Below are positions 21,138-30,147 of a stretch of DNA of 38,323 nt, piece after piece. Within the stretch, counting starts at the first letter, position 1. The number at the start of each line of letters is the position of its first letter. The notes below the pieces were generated by a model, which did no database searches, was not told the DNA's origin, and saw only the letters and a list, made by a program, of their open reading frames with translations. Made by a program: the position numbers and the translations under genes. The DNA is from an uncultured Fibrobacterota bacterium. Its GTDB lineage: Bacteria; Fibrobacterota; Chitinivibrionia; Chitinivibrionales; FEN-1185. Location: positions 1 through 38,323 of the forward strand of contig CAVWBU010000037.1 of the NCBI GenBank assembly GCA_963753345.1, given 5' to 3'.

Positions 21138-21971
21138 ATGAAAAAAACTGCCCGTAGCTTTATCCAACAGAAATCCGCCGCGTCCCCTATTGCCATGCTC
21201 ACGGCCTACGATTGCCCCACGGCGCGCATCATTGACGAGTGCGGGGTCGATGCCGTTCTCGTGGGCGACAGCGTGGGCGACACGGTCCTGGGGTACGAAG
21301 ACATCAAGGACGTCACCATGGACGACATGGTGCACCATACCGCCGCGGTCGCACGAGGTGTGAAAAACGCCTTTGTGATAGGCGACATGCCCTACCGTTC
21401 GTACGCGACGCCCGCTTGCGCGCTCGCGAATGCAAAAAGGCTTGTCAAATGCGGAGCGCAGGCGGTAAAAATGGAAGGCGGCGCGAAACTCGCACCCATC
21501 GTGCGTTCCTTGCGCAGAAACCGCATCAGCGTGTGCGGCCACATTGGCTACCTTCCGCAATCCGCACCACGACCGCGCGTGGTGGGCAAGACGATTGCCG
21601 AGGCGAAGGCACTTGTCGCCGACGCCCTCGCGCTTCAGGACGCCGGCGTCTTCATGATCGTTCTGGAACTTATCCCCGCGGAACTCGCCCGCGCCGTGAC
21701 ACGGCTTCTCCGTGTCCCCACCATCGGCATCGGCGCCGGGCCGTATTGCGACGGCCAGGTGCAGGTGTTCCACGACATGGCCGGGCTTTCGCCAGTGATA
21801 TTCCGCCATGTCAAGGTGTTTGCAAAAGGGAAAGAGGCGCTTTCGGCGGGCGTATTGCAGTATGTGAAGGAAGTGAAGAAGGGCACGTTTCCGACCATTC
21901 AAAACGCTTCATCGATGGCCGAAGATGTGGAATGTGAGCTTGAGAAATGGATTTCGAATAACTATAAATAA
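21138..21971 (+). CDS. panB: 3-methyl-2-oxobutanoate hydroxymethyltransferase
   Basis: MLTAYD, LVGDS, GDMPYRSY, VKMEGG, GHIG, PTIGIGAG..CDGQV. Confidence 0.97.
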   Translation: MKKTARSFIQQKSAASPIAMLTAYDCPTARIIDECGVDAVLVGDSVGDTVLGYEDIKDVTMDDMVHHTAAVARGVKNAFVIGDMPYRSYATPACALANAKRLVKCGAQAVKMEGGAKLAPIVRSLRRNRISVCGHIGYLPQSAPRPRVVGKTIAEAKALVADALALQDAGVFMIVLELIPAELARAVTRLLRVPTIGIGAGPYCDGQVQVFHDMAGLSPVIFRHVKVFAKGKEALSAGVLQYVKEVKKGTFPTIQNASSMAEDVECELEKWISNNYK

Positions 21972-22036
21972 AAAAGATAGGATTGGGCGTTCCACCCTCT
22001 CCAATCGATTAGCCTCCCCCAATAGCAACTCTTGAT

Positions 22037-23557
22037 CTATTTCTTCCCAAAATGCTTCTTCAAAAACTCCAGATCAATCTGCGGATACACTGGAAATTTT
22101 GACAGCAATTTTTTCACTCTGTCCTTGGCCTGCTTTGTTACTTTTTCATCCATTACATACTTTGCCTTGCTCGGTTTTCCTGCGTTCTCGCCCGAACTGC
22201 TGATCTCCGGCTTGGCTGCGGAAAGCACCATCTTGATAATCGAGGCGATTTCCTTCATCTCATTTTCGCCCATGCCGAGGGTGGTGACTGCGGGCGTGCC
22301 GATGCGCAGGCCGCTGGTGTACCAGGGACCGTTGGGATCGAACGGCAGCGAGTTGCGGTTGAGCGTAATGCCGCAGTCGCGGCTGGCAGCCTCGGCCTGG
22401 CGTCCCGTGATCCCAAATGAACGCACGTCGATGAGCATGAGATGGTTGTCGGTGCCGCCTGTGGCGACGGTCATGCCCTCACTGACGCAGGCCTTGGCAA
22501 GCGCGGCCGAATTCTCAACAATCTTTCTCGCATATGCGGCAAACGCCGGTGTGTTCGCCTCGGTGAGCGCGATCGCCTTTGCGGCGATAATGTGTTCGAG
22601 CGGGCCTCCGATAACAAGAGGGCACCCTTTGTCGACATGTTCCGCGAATTCCTTGGTGCACAGCACAAGGCCGCCGCGCGGACCGCGCAGGGTCTTGTGC
22701 GTGGTGGTGGTCACCACGTGCGCGTGCGCCACGGGATTGTTCGCTCCCGTAAACACGCGGCCGGCCACGAGCCCGGCAAAGTGCGCCATGTCGACCATGA
22801 GCACGCTGCCCGCCTTGTCGGCGATGGCGCGGAGCCTGGAGAAATCGATGGCGCGCGGGTATGCGCTGTACCCGGCAAGCAGGATAAGCGGCCTTATCTC
22901 CATCGCCATTTTCTCGATTTCCGCGTAGTCAAGAAGGCCCGTTTCCTTGTTGACGCTGTAGGAATATGCATCGAACATCTGGGCCGATACGTTCTGGCGG
23001 TAGCCGTGCGTGAGGTGGCCGCCCGAGTAGTAGTCCATGCCGAGCAGCTTCTGGTTTCCCGTCTCACGGCGGAGCGCGTCCCAGTCCTGCCGCGACATAT
23101 GAGCGGGGTTGGGGTCATCCAGTTTCTCGAGCGCGGGCGCGGTGACGCGCGCGTTGAGAATGGCCCAGTAGGCAATAAGGTTGGCGTCCGCGCCGCTGTG
23201 CGGTTGGACATAGGCGTGGTCGCACCCGAAAAGTTTGCACGCCTGCTGTGCCGCATATTCTTCAATATCGTCGACATTGGCGCACCCGGCATAGAAGCGG
23301 TGGCGGGGAATGCCCTCGGCGTATTTGTCGGTGAGCAGGTTCGCCATGGCGCACTGGGTTGACAGCGAACAGTAGTTCTCGCTTGCGATGAGCTTGAGAT
23401 TGCAGCGCTGGTCTGCAAGCTCCTGCACGATGGATGCCGCGACCTGCGGCGCGACCTTGGAGACTTCGGCGAGGTTGGCGATGTAGGCGAGAAAACCGGC
23501 GTCGATTGCGTCGGGCTTCACAGACGAGAGGTACTCCGATACGGCGGATTGCGGCAC
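22037..23557 (-). CDS. glyA: Serine hydroxymethyltransferase (long, ~506-aa form)
   Basis: LIASEN, DKYAEG, VQPHSGADAN, GGHLTHG, DMAHFAGLVA, TTTHKTLRGPRGG, SGLRIGTP; GTG start with AGGAGG RBS. Confidence 0.97.
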   Translation of the reverse strand: MPQSAVSEYLSSVKPDAIDAGFLAYIANLAEVSKVAPQVAASIVQELADQRCNLKLIASENYCSLSTQCAMANLLTDKYAEGIPRHRFYAGCANVDDIEEYAAQQACKLFGCDHAYVQPHSGADANLIAYWAILNARVTAPALEKLDDPNPAHMSRQDWDALRRETGNQKLLGMDYYSGGHLTHGYRQNVSAQMFDAYSYSVNKETGLLDYAEIEKMAMEIRPLILLAGYSAYPRAIDFSRLRAIADKAGSVLMVDMAHFAGLVAGRVFTGANNPVAHAHVVTTTTHKTLRGPRGGLVLCTKEFAEHVDKGCPLVIGGPLEHIIAAKAIALTEANTPAFAAYARKIVENSAALAKACVSEGMTVATGGTDNHLMLIDVRSFGITGRQAEAASRDCGITLNRNSLPFDPNGPWYTSGLRIGTPAVTTLGMGENEMKEIASIIKMVLSAAKPEISSSGENAGKPSKAKYVMDEKVTKQAKDRVKKLLSKFPVYPQIDLEFLKKHFGKK

Positions 23558-23592
23558 GCGCGGCCTCCTATTCTTGTACGGTCTTGCCCCCT

Positions 23593-23664
23593 CTGCCCAG
23601 GCGCGCGACAGATTGGGAGATCACTCCCCGATGGTAGGTTCCATCCCAAGCGCCAGTCGTAGTA
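23593..23664 (-). promoter_or_regulatory. ZMP/ZTP (pfl) riboswitch
   Basis: Minus strand ACGACTGGCG-CTTGG-GATGGAACCTACCATC-GGGGAGTG...GTCGCGCGCCTGGGCA contains the pfl hallmarks: GACUGGCG, the P2 hairpin, GGGGAG and a 3' CGCCUGGGCA able to form the GGCG/CGCC pseudoknot. It lies ~35 nt upstream of glyA, a typical ZTP target. Confidence 0.88.
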
Positions 23665-23755
23665 TAATAATAAACAGTAGACAAAAATAATATAAGAGCA
23701 TGGACATTTTTATTAGATTACATGAGAAGAGGGATTGGAAGAAATACAAAAAAGA

Positions 23756-23900
23756 TTGGGCGCCCCGCTGCTTCGCAGCGGCGGCCCTCCTTCCGGTCTC
23801 GGCCTTCGGCCTCGGGCCGCCACGGCCCTATGGCCCACAGGGCCGGGTCCGGGCGGCACCGCGTTCTAACGCGGCCTCCAGTCCGGCCTGGCGCCGGGCA
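23756..23900 (+). repeat. Family-1 structured repeat, copy 2
   Basis: TTGGGCGCC-hairpin-CCTTCCGGTCTCGGCCTTCGGCCTCGGG...GCACCGCG...CGCGGCCTCCAGTCC; closest to 34140-34299. Confidence 0.75.
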
Positions 23901-24018
23901 GAGGTTTGATGCCGGTGTTATTTTGCTTTGCCATCGCGCAAACACGGTACTTGTTGAGAAACTTTTTACGGCTTCCAGCTGGCGCAAGAATAGTATTTTG
24001 ACAAAAAAGATTTCGGTC

Positions 24019-24175
24019 TGCGCCGCGTTAGGTGGACCGGAGGGTGAGCCAGGGCGAATTGCCGGCCGACCCCGGCCGAAGGCCATCGGGGCGGTCCGGC
24101 AACGAGGCGAATAGCCGAGCCCGAAGGGAGACCGACCCGACCCCGAGCGAAGTCGAGGGGGAGGGTAACGCCCAA
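24019..24175 (-). repeat. Family-1 structured repeat, copy 3
   Basis: Reverse complement TTGGGCGTTACC...GGTCTCCCTTCGGGCTCGGCTATTCGCCTCGTTGCCGGACCGCCC...GCTCACCCTCCGGTCCACCTAACGCGGCG, nearly colinear with 6868-7007. Confidence 0.88.
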
Positions 24176-24192
24176 GTTCTCTTATATCAATT

Positions 24193-25341
24193 ATGAAAAA
24201 TTCACTTCTTTTTCTCCTACTCCTTCTCCTCACCACGTCTGCATCTGCCGACATCCTTCAATTCGAAGGCATTGTCCCGCCCGACGTGGACAGGGCTGCG
24301 ATGAACGGCGAGTATTACCGTCTCTACCGCCTCGTCGCGCCGGAGCGGCGGCCCGACGCTGCGCCGCTGCGCATCGTCTACTATTCCGATAAGTCAACAG
24401 TGAATTACGGCGGCATGCTGCCCGAATGGGGCGGCGGCGGAACCATAGGCGGCAACCTCATCGTGGTGCCCACCACGTTCAAGCCGTTTCTCGACCAGAG
24501 CTTTGCCCAGGTGACAAGGCACGAGCTCGTGCACGCCGTGCTTGCGCGGGCCTTTCCGGGCCTCGACATCCCGCGCTGGTTCCATGAAGGCGCGGCCATG
24601 ACGTTGTCCGGCGAGCTTTCGTTCAACGAGGACGTGGTCGTGTCCAAGGCGATTTTTACGGGCAGGCTCATGCCGCTGTCGTCCATAGACTCGGTGAACG
24701 CCTTCGGCCGCAACCGCGCCGATCTTGCCTACAGCCAGGCCCACCTTGCCGTGATGTTTCTCATCGAGCAATACGGCATTGAATCGATTGCCGAAATCCT
24801 GCAATCGGCCCGGAAGACCGGCTCCTTCTGGCGCGGGATGCGCAATGTTTTGTCGCTGTCCCCGCAGGAATTCGAATTTGCCGTCAACAAAGAAATTTCT
24901 TCGCGCTACAGGTTCGTTTTCCTCTTTGCCGATTATTCGGCGTTCTGGGTCGCCATCGCTTTTCTGTTTCTTGTCGCGGCAGGCGTCGCCATCGTGCGGA
25001 AACAGAGAAAGCTCGCGTTGATGGAGCAGGAGGAAAAGGAGGAAGCAGGATCGGGCGGGCCACCGGATACGGCACCACCGCCTCCCGCAAAAGCCGGAAC
25101 AGACGCTCCCCTGCCCGATCCCGCAGGACCGCAGGAGGCCGGGCCTCAAATTGACGAAGAGGAATATGCGGATGAATACTACGATGATGACGATGAATAT
25201 TACGATGAAGAAGACGACGACGACTACATTCTCGCCGACGGCGTGGAGCTGGAAGATGATGATGAGATTGAAGACGAAGAGGATGACGAGAATACGAATG
25301 ACGGCGAAGATGAAGATTCCGGGAAGCCACCTTCACATTAA
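24193..25341 (+). CDS. Peptidase MA-family (gluzincin) metalloprotease with TM helix and acidic tail
   Basis: Signal peptide; HELVH zinc motif followed by PRWFHEGAA; AYSQA; TM segment; Asp/Glu-rich C-terminus. Confidence 0.82.
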   Translation: MKNSLLFLLLLLLTTSASADILQFEGIVPPDVDRAAMNGEYYRLYRLVAPERRPDAAPLRIVYYSDKSTVNYGGMLPEWGGGGTIGGNLIVVPTTFKPFLDQSFAQVTRHELVHAVLARAFPGLDIPRWFHEGAAMTLSGELSFNEDVVVSKAIFTGRLMPLSSIDSVNAFGRNRADLAYSQAHLAVMFLIEQYGIESIAEILQSARKTGSFWRGMRNVLSLSPQEFEFAVNKEISSRYRFVFLFADYSAFWVAIAFLFLVAAGVAIVRKQRKLALMEQEEKEEAGSGGPPDTAPPPPAKAGTDAPLPDPAGPQEAGPQIDEEEYADEYYDDDDEYYDEEDDDDYILADGVELEDDDEIEDEEDDENTNDGEDEDSGKPPSH

Positions 25342-25354
25342 TAAAATATATGTT

Positions 25355-25500
25355 TTGGGCGTTTCCCTCGCTGCGCTCGGGCCGGTCTCCCTCCGGGCTC
25401 GGCTATTCGCGCTCGTTGCCGCCTGCCACGCAGGGCCCACGGCCCGTGGTCAGGCGGCAATGCGCTCCAGCGCACCCTGCGGTCCACCTAACGCGCGGCA
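25355..25500 (+). repeat. Family-1 structured repeat, copy 4
   Basis: TTGGGCGTTT...GGTCTCCCTCCGGGCTCGGCTATTCGC...GGTCCACCTAACGCGCGGCA. Confidence 0.88.
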
Positions 25501-25600
25501 GAAGAAAACGTATTGAGTCAAGGTAAAACTCTTCGCCATCTGGAATTCCAAGGCAATCCGTTAGAGACTTTCCCTTCTTCCGCATTCATCAATCCACAAT

Positions 25601-25739
25601 TCTTCTCGGTGCCGCCCGCAACTAAAGTTTCTATCTTGCGAATCAACTAGCCTTGGGCGGCTACCCACGAGGGGGTGTGCCCCAAGACCCCGCAGGCCAA
25701 GGGCCGAGGAGGCTTGGGGCCAGGGGGACACTTCCCCCT
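25601..25739 (+). repeat. Family-2 structured repeat, copy C
   Basis: CGGTGCCGCCC...TCTTGC...TTGGGCGGCTACCCACGAGGGGG...AGGGGGACACTTCCCCCT. Confidence 0.78.
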
Positions 25740-25761
25740 CCAAGATTATTTCATATTTTAT

Positions 25762-26031
25762 TTATATCGAAAACATACTCTCAAGATCATGCTTCGAATA
25801 AACCCTAAACGAAATAAGCGTCTCCGATTTCTGGATGCCTTCAACCTTGAGCATTGTCCCGGTAACGAGCTCCGCGAGCGTGTCGTTGTCTTTGGTGCGG
25901 ATGACGACCGCGAGATCGTACCTGCCCGCAACCGAGTAGACTTCGGAAACTCCCTTTACTTCCGAGAGTTTTTGAGCGATTGAATCGACCTTGTTTCGGT
26001 CGACGTTGAGAAGGACCAGTGCGGTGACCAT
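25762..26031 (-). CDS. Stand-alone Lrp/AsnC ligand-binding domain protein
   Basis: 89 aa, VKGVSEVYSVAGRYDLAVVIR...KVEGIQKSETLI; no HTH; GGGAGG RBS. Confidence 0.88.
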   Translation of the reverse strand: MVTALVLLNVDRNKVDSIAQKLSEVKGVSEVYSVAGRYDLAVVIRTKDNDTLAELVTGTMLKVEGIQKSETLISFRVYSKHDLESMFSI

Positions 26032-26078
26032 GGGGGCCTCCCTGTTTGTTAAGAAAGAATGTACTGTTTTGACTTACT

Positions 26079-26823
26079 TTACAATTCGCGTTCCCGTTTT
26101 TTATCTTCCATCAGCGACTTAAGCATATCGCCATCCGTTCCCAAAATGCCTGCCATGCCTTCAAATCTTTTGTCAATCACCTCAAGCAGATCCATGGGGT
26201 GTTTCAGCAGCGCCTTTGCCCCGTTCGCCATGAGCTCGTCCTTGTCCCGAAACCCCCACAGCGCGCCGACCGGAAACATGCCGGCCGCAACGGCCGTTTT
26301 CATGTCGACCCCGGAATCGCCCACATACGCGCATTGTGCGGGCGCGACGCCGAGCGCGGCCGCGGCCTCAAGCGCAATGGCAGGATCGGGTTTTGTGGGA
26401 ATGCCCGTGCGCTCTCCCAGCACAGCGCCGAACGGAACTCCCGGAAACAGCGCCCCACGGAACGCATCGTGAGCTCGTGAGGCTTGTTGGAGACTACGGC
26501 GCAGACGGATGTTTCTTTTGACAAGCTCGGCAAGGAGCTCCGGGACGCCCGGATACGGTTGAGTTTTGACAAGCAGGCTGCCGCCGTATTCCCTGCTGAT
26601 GGCCGAAAGGCAGGCCTTGACGTCGTCGACGCCCCGCCTGTTTTCCGGCAGCGCCCGCCGGGCGAGCTCCCCGATCCCCTCGCCCACGAAATACCGGTAG
26701 GCCTTGTTCGGGTGCGGCGGAAATCCGAGCGACGCAAGCGCCCGGTTCACCGCAGCCGGCAATGTCTTCCAGCGTGTCAAGCAATGTCCCGTCGAGGTCG
26801 AACAGAACGGCTGCGGTTGTCAT
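26079..26823 (-). pseudogene. HAD-family hydrolase (phosphoglycolate phosphatase-like) with ~3 frameshifts (possibly sequencing error)
   Basis: Motif I VLFDLDGTLLDT from ATG 26823. FVGEG and PYPGV...KPDP...YVGDSGVDM are in ORF 26079..26780, while AVVSNKP is in a third frame (ORF 26300..26737). Confidence 0.8.
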
Positions 26824-27872
26824 GATTGCGGATGTTCCTTTGCGGAAAGCCTGAGCGAGGCGATGGCGTTCCGGATTTCCCACAGCCGCTCGCCGCTCCG
26901 CACGAACGCGATGCAGCCGATGACAGCTTGCGGAATAAGCACGATCAGGAAAAACACCACCGAAAACCCGGCGGCTTTGGTGGCGTCCACGCCGAACAGC
27001 ATAAGCCCGAGCTTGCACAGGAACTGGAACGTGCCCACGTTCGACGGCGTGATGGGAATGATGAGACCCACGAAAACAAACAGCAGAATGGCGGCGGCGA
27101 CGTCGAACGGCAGCGTGATGCCATAGGCGATCATGATGATCCAGAACGCCACGATGTGGAACAGGAAATCGAACGACGACACGCCGAACGACGCCCACAG
27201 AAGGCCCGACCTGCCCACCAACCGAAGCCCGCTCCGTATGGTGTCGAGGAACGCCGCGACCTTCCGCACCGGACCGAACTTCTGGCCGGGAATTCCCGCC
27301 GTAAATATCGATTCGGACTTCCGGAAAACCACGAAGAACACGAACAGCGCGACCGCGACCAGCATGGCAAGGCCGAGGACGCGCGCGGCGAGAAGCACAT
27401 TTGCGGGAAGCGGGACAATGAGCCCCACGGCGCCGATGCCCACGGCCATCCAGATCCCGTCGATGAGATATTCAACGAAAATCGTGGACACCACCGTCGG
27501 AAAGCGCGCGCCGGAAAAGCGCGAGGCGAGATAGGCGCGCGCCGCTTCGCCGATGCGGAGCGGCAGGATGAGGTTGAGAAATATGCCCGCGTATAGCGCC
27601 TTGAATGTTTTTGCAAAGGAAATGGTCCCCACGGGCCCGAGCAAAAACCTCCACCGGATGCTCTGCGCAACATACCTTCCGACGTCAACCGTCATCCCCA
27701 AAAGCGCGAGCGGCCAGCAGATGTTGAGCATGTCGCGCTTGAGTTCACGAACGTTTACGTCGCGGAACACCCAGTACAGCGCGGCGGCCGCGATAACGTA
27801 CAGGGCCGCCGTCCGAAGCGCATTCCCTTTTGAAAAGCCTGATTTTTCTGGTGGAGCGGGAGTTTGGTTCAT
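26820..27872 (-). CDS. Lysylphosphatidylglycerol synthase TM-domain / flippase-like membrane protein (UPF0104 type)
   Basis: RWRFLL, NLILPLRIGEAAR, PITPSNVGTFQ motifs; multiple TM helices. Confidence 0.85.
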   Translation of the reverse strand: MNQTPAPPEKSGFSKGNALRTAALYVIAAAALYWVFRDVNVRELKRDMLNICWPLALLGMTVDVGRYVAQSIRWRFLLGPVGTISFAKTFKALYAGIFLNLILPLRIGEAARAYLASRFSGARFPTVVSTIFVEYLIDGIWMAVGIGAVGLIVPLPANVLLAARVLGLAMLVAVALFVFFVVFRKSESIFTAGIPGQKFGPVRKVAAFLDTIRSGLRLVGRSGLLWASFGVSSFDFLFHIVAFWIIMIAYGITLPFDVAAAILLFVFVGLIIPITPSNVGTFQFLCKLGLMLFGVDATKAAGFSVVFFLIVLIPQAVIGCIAFVRSGERLWEIRNAIASLRLSAKEHPQS

Positions 27873-27897
27873 CGTGGGGTACGGCCAACGCCAGCCA

Positions 27898-28038
27898 GCA
27901 GGCTATTGAAAAACTTTCCGTCCACCCTTCGACAAGCTCAGGGCGAACGGAAACGTGATGAAATTTGTGAGGAGTCGCCGTTCGTGGTGAGCTTGTCGAA
28001 CCATGAACGGCAGGAAACAAACTTTTTCAACACCCTTT
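27898..28038. mobile_element. 141-bp MITE/REPIN-like element
   Basis: Ends gcaggctattgaaaaa / tttttcaacaccct; internal CCCTTCGACAAGCTCAGGGCGAACGG...CCGTTCGTGGTGAGCTTGTCGAACCATGAACGG; same length as and highly similar to 37010-37150. Confidence 0.8.
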
Positions 28039-29855
28039 TACGGCCGTGCCGCCGGTGCGGTGTCGGACGCGATAAACCGTTCGAGCGCCTTGGCGGCCTG
28101 CAGGCAGAAGTTGAGGAAGATCTCCTTGTCTTTCTGCGTGAAGCTCTTTGCCGCGTACAGGTCGAGTGATTTCTTGTCGTACAGCGACAGGGTTCCCATC
28201 ACCCTGCCGTTGCGCTCAAGGTACATGCTCAGGACCGAGCGGGAGTCCATGCCCACCCACGCGTACGACGATTTGTTCAGGTCCTTGATGAGCAATGCGT
28301 TCTTGTTAAGCGCCACGTCGCGGCTGATGATGCCGTCAAGCGCCTCGAGCTCCTTAAGATGCGAAAACGTCTTGAGCGAAAACGAATCGAGCACCTTGAG
28401 TTCGTGCGACGCGGCATCGTACAGCCGCAGGATGGAGCTTTCCGCTTCGAGGATGACGCATGCGTGTGAATTGATGAGATTGGCCACTTCGCTCCTGTTG
28501 CGCGCCGAGGCAAGGTCGAACGAGACCTCGGAAATGGCGGAGAACTTGATCGACTGCACGCGGAACGATTCCATCTCGACGTTCTTTGCAAGGTCGGCGG
28601 AGATCATGTCGCCGATCTTTTTGAGAACGGCCGCTTCTTCCTTCATGTCCACCGCATCGGACGCGATGTGCAGGAACAGGAGCCCCACCATATCGCCGCC
28701 CTCGCGAATGGGCTGCATAAGGTACCACTTCCGGGGACCGGCGCCGCTCTTCTTGTCGGGCACGCACAGTGACACGGCGTCGCCGCTCTCCAGAACGAGC
28801 TTGGAGAAATAATCGTTGAGCTTGAGCTTCTTCCCTTTTATCAAGCCGATGTTGAAGGAGCTCGACGCCTTGGCGAGGAACGCGCCCCGTTCCGGGTAGT
28901 AATCGTAGTAGTTGCAGATTTCGGCCGAGAAGGAGGTCACCAGCTTGAGCAGGAGGAGGTTCAGGCGCTCGTCGAAAGGGTATTTCAGGTTGAGGATGTC
29001 GCGGGCGTTGTTGAGCAGCGACAGGAGGAACGTCGAGCTTGCCGATCGCTCGTATTCCTTCGATGTCGTGATGATGTCGGCGGTAAAATCGCTGAGCTTC
29101 TTGACATAGGCAAGGTCCGCCTCGGAAAAAATCCGCTGTTCCGTTTTGCTGTTGATGCTCAGGACCCCCACGACCTCCTTGCCGATAACGAGTGGCGCGC
29201 AGATGGACGATATAAGGTCCTTGCGCTCGAAGTCGGCGGCATAGCGCTCCCGGTCGGCCGCGCCCCGGATAAGAAGCGGAACGCCCGTGCGGGCCACGGT
29301 GCCCGCGATCCCCTTCCCCATCTTCTGCGTGGTGGAATTGACGATGCCCGGCTCCAGTCCGTCGGCGATCTCGATCTTGAGGACCTTCTTCTGCGGATCC
29401 ACGAGCATGATGGAGCCCGAATCCGCGCCGCTCGACCGGATCGCCACGTTGAGCACCAGCTTGAGCAGTTCCTCCTTGTTCTTCGACAGGTAAATCGCCT
29501 CGCGTATCTCGTGCAGGCTGTTGAGCAGCCTGGTCTTGTCTTCGGTGAGACCCGACCCGAGCAGGTCGTTCGTGCCTGTGGAAAACAGGATGCGCGCCGA
29601 AAGCCCGCTCAGGATATCCACATTGGACATGTTGAGCTTGCGGAGCGCGCGGTACACGCCCGCGTCGTTGGTGGTGTTGATGATGATGTCGAGCTGGGGA
29701 AAATTCTTCAGGTCGCCCAGGTCTTCGGTCTCGTGGTTGATGATGCGGATGACCCGCGCTCCCTCGGCTTCGAGGAGCTCGGACAGCACCGCCGCGCTCT
29801 CGCGGTTGATGCCCACGATGGCGATGGTGCGGGATTTCGATTTGACAAGTTGCAT
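28038..29855 (-). CDS. Multi-GAF domain protein with no evident output domain
   Basis: GAF-like segments (ADSGSIMLVD...GKGIAGTVARTGVPLLI...SSICAPL...VVGVLSIN...FSEADL; AESSILRL...VMGTLSLYDK...FTQKD). Confidence 0.8.
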   Translation of the reverse strand: MQLVKSKSRTIAIVGINRESAAVLSELLEAEGARVIRIINHETEDLGDLKNFPQLDIIINTTNDAGVYRALRKLNMSNVDILSGLSARILFSTGTNDLLGSGLTEDKTRLLNSLHEIREAIYLSKNKEELLKLVLNVAIRSSGADSGSIMLVDPQKKVLKIEIADGLEPGIVNSTTQKMGKGIAGTVARTGVPLLIRGAADRERYAADFERKDLISSICAPLVIGKEVVGVLSINSKTEQRIFSEADLAYVKKLSDFTADIITTSKEYERSASSTFLLSLLNNARDILNLKYPFDERLNLLLLKLVTSFSAEICNYYDYYPERGAFLAKASSSFNIGLIKGKKLKLNDYFSKLVLESGDAVSLCVPDKKSGAGPRKWYLMQPIREGGDMVGLLFLHIASDAVDMKEEAAVLKKIGDMISADLAKNVEMESFRVQSIKFSAISEVSFDLASARNRSEVANLINSHACVILEAESSILRLYDAASHELKVLDSFSLKTFSHLKELEALDGIISRDVALNKNALLIKDLNKSSYAWVGMDSRSVLSMYLERNGRVMGTLSLYDKKSLDLYAAKSFTQKDKEIFLNFCLQAAKALERFIASDTAPAARP

Positions 29856-29860
29856 GAAAA

Positions 29861-29909
29861 AGTTTAAAGTTTAGAGTTTAGAGTTGACAGTTGACGGTTG
29901 ACAGTTGAC
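29861..29909. repeat. Imperfect 7-mer tandem repeat x7 (AGTTTAG grading into AGTTGAC)
   Basis: agtttaa agtttag agtttag agttgac agttgac ggttgac agttgac. Confidence 0.85.
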
Positions 29910-29957
29910 AGCACGCATTCCTAACACTCTTTATGTTCAATCCTTGCCCTCGTATTA

Positions 29958-30073
29958 TGTCATTCCCGCGAAAGCGGGACCGCGACTTTGACTGCATACG
30001 AATGACAGGAGCAGAGGCCTTGCCAATCCATTTTCTACAGGTTTGCTGGACTCCCACTTCCGTGGGAGTGACA
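29958..30073. repeat. GTCATTCCCGCG-type palindromic (REP/RPE-like) element
   Basis: tgtcattcccgcgaaagcggga ... ctggactcccacttccgtgggagtgaca; the ends are inverted copies of each other. Confidence 0.7.
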
Positions 30074-30147
30074 AGCCTTGTCAGATCGCTCACTCATCAA
30101 CCTATTTCAGGCCATATTCCGGTTGTCTCAGCATCAACTTGATCCTA

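Noticed and set aside
25150-25320. GAY/GAR-rich low-complexity DNA as a non-coding repeat
   Set aside because: It encodes the acidic tail of the peptidase in frame.
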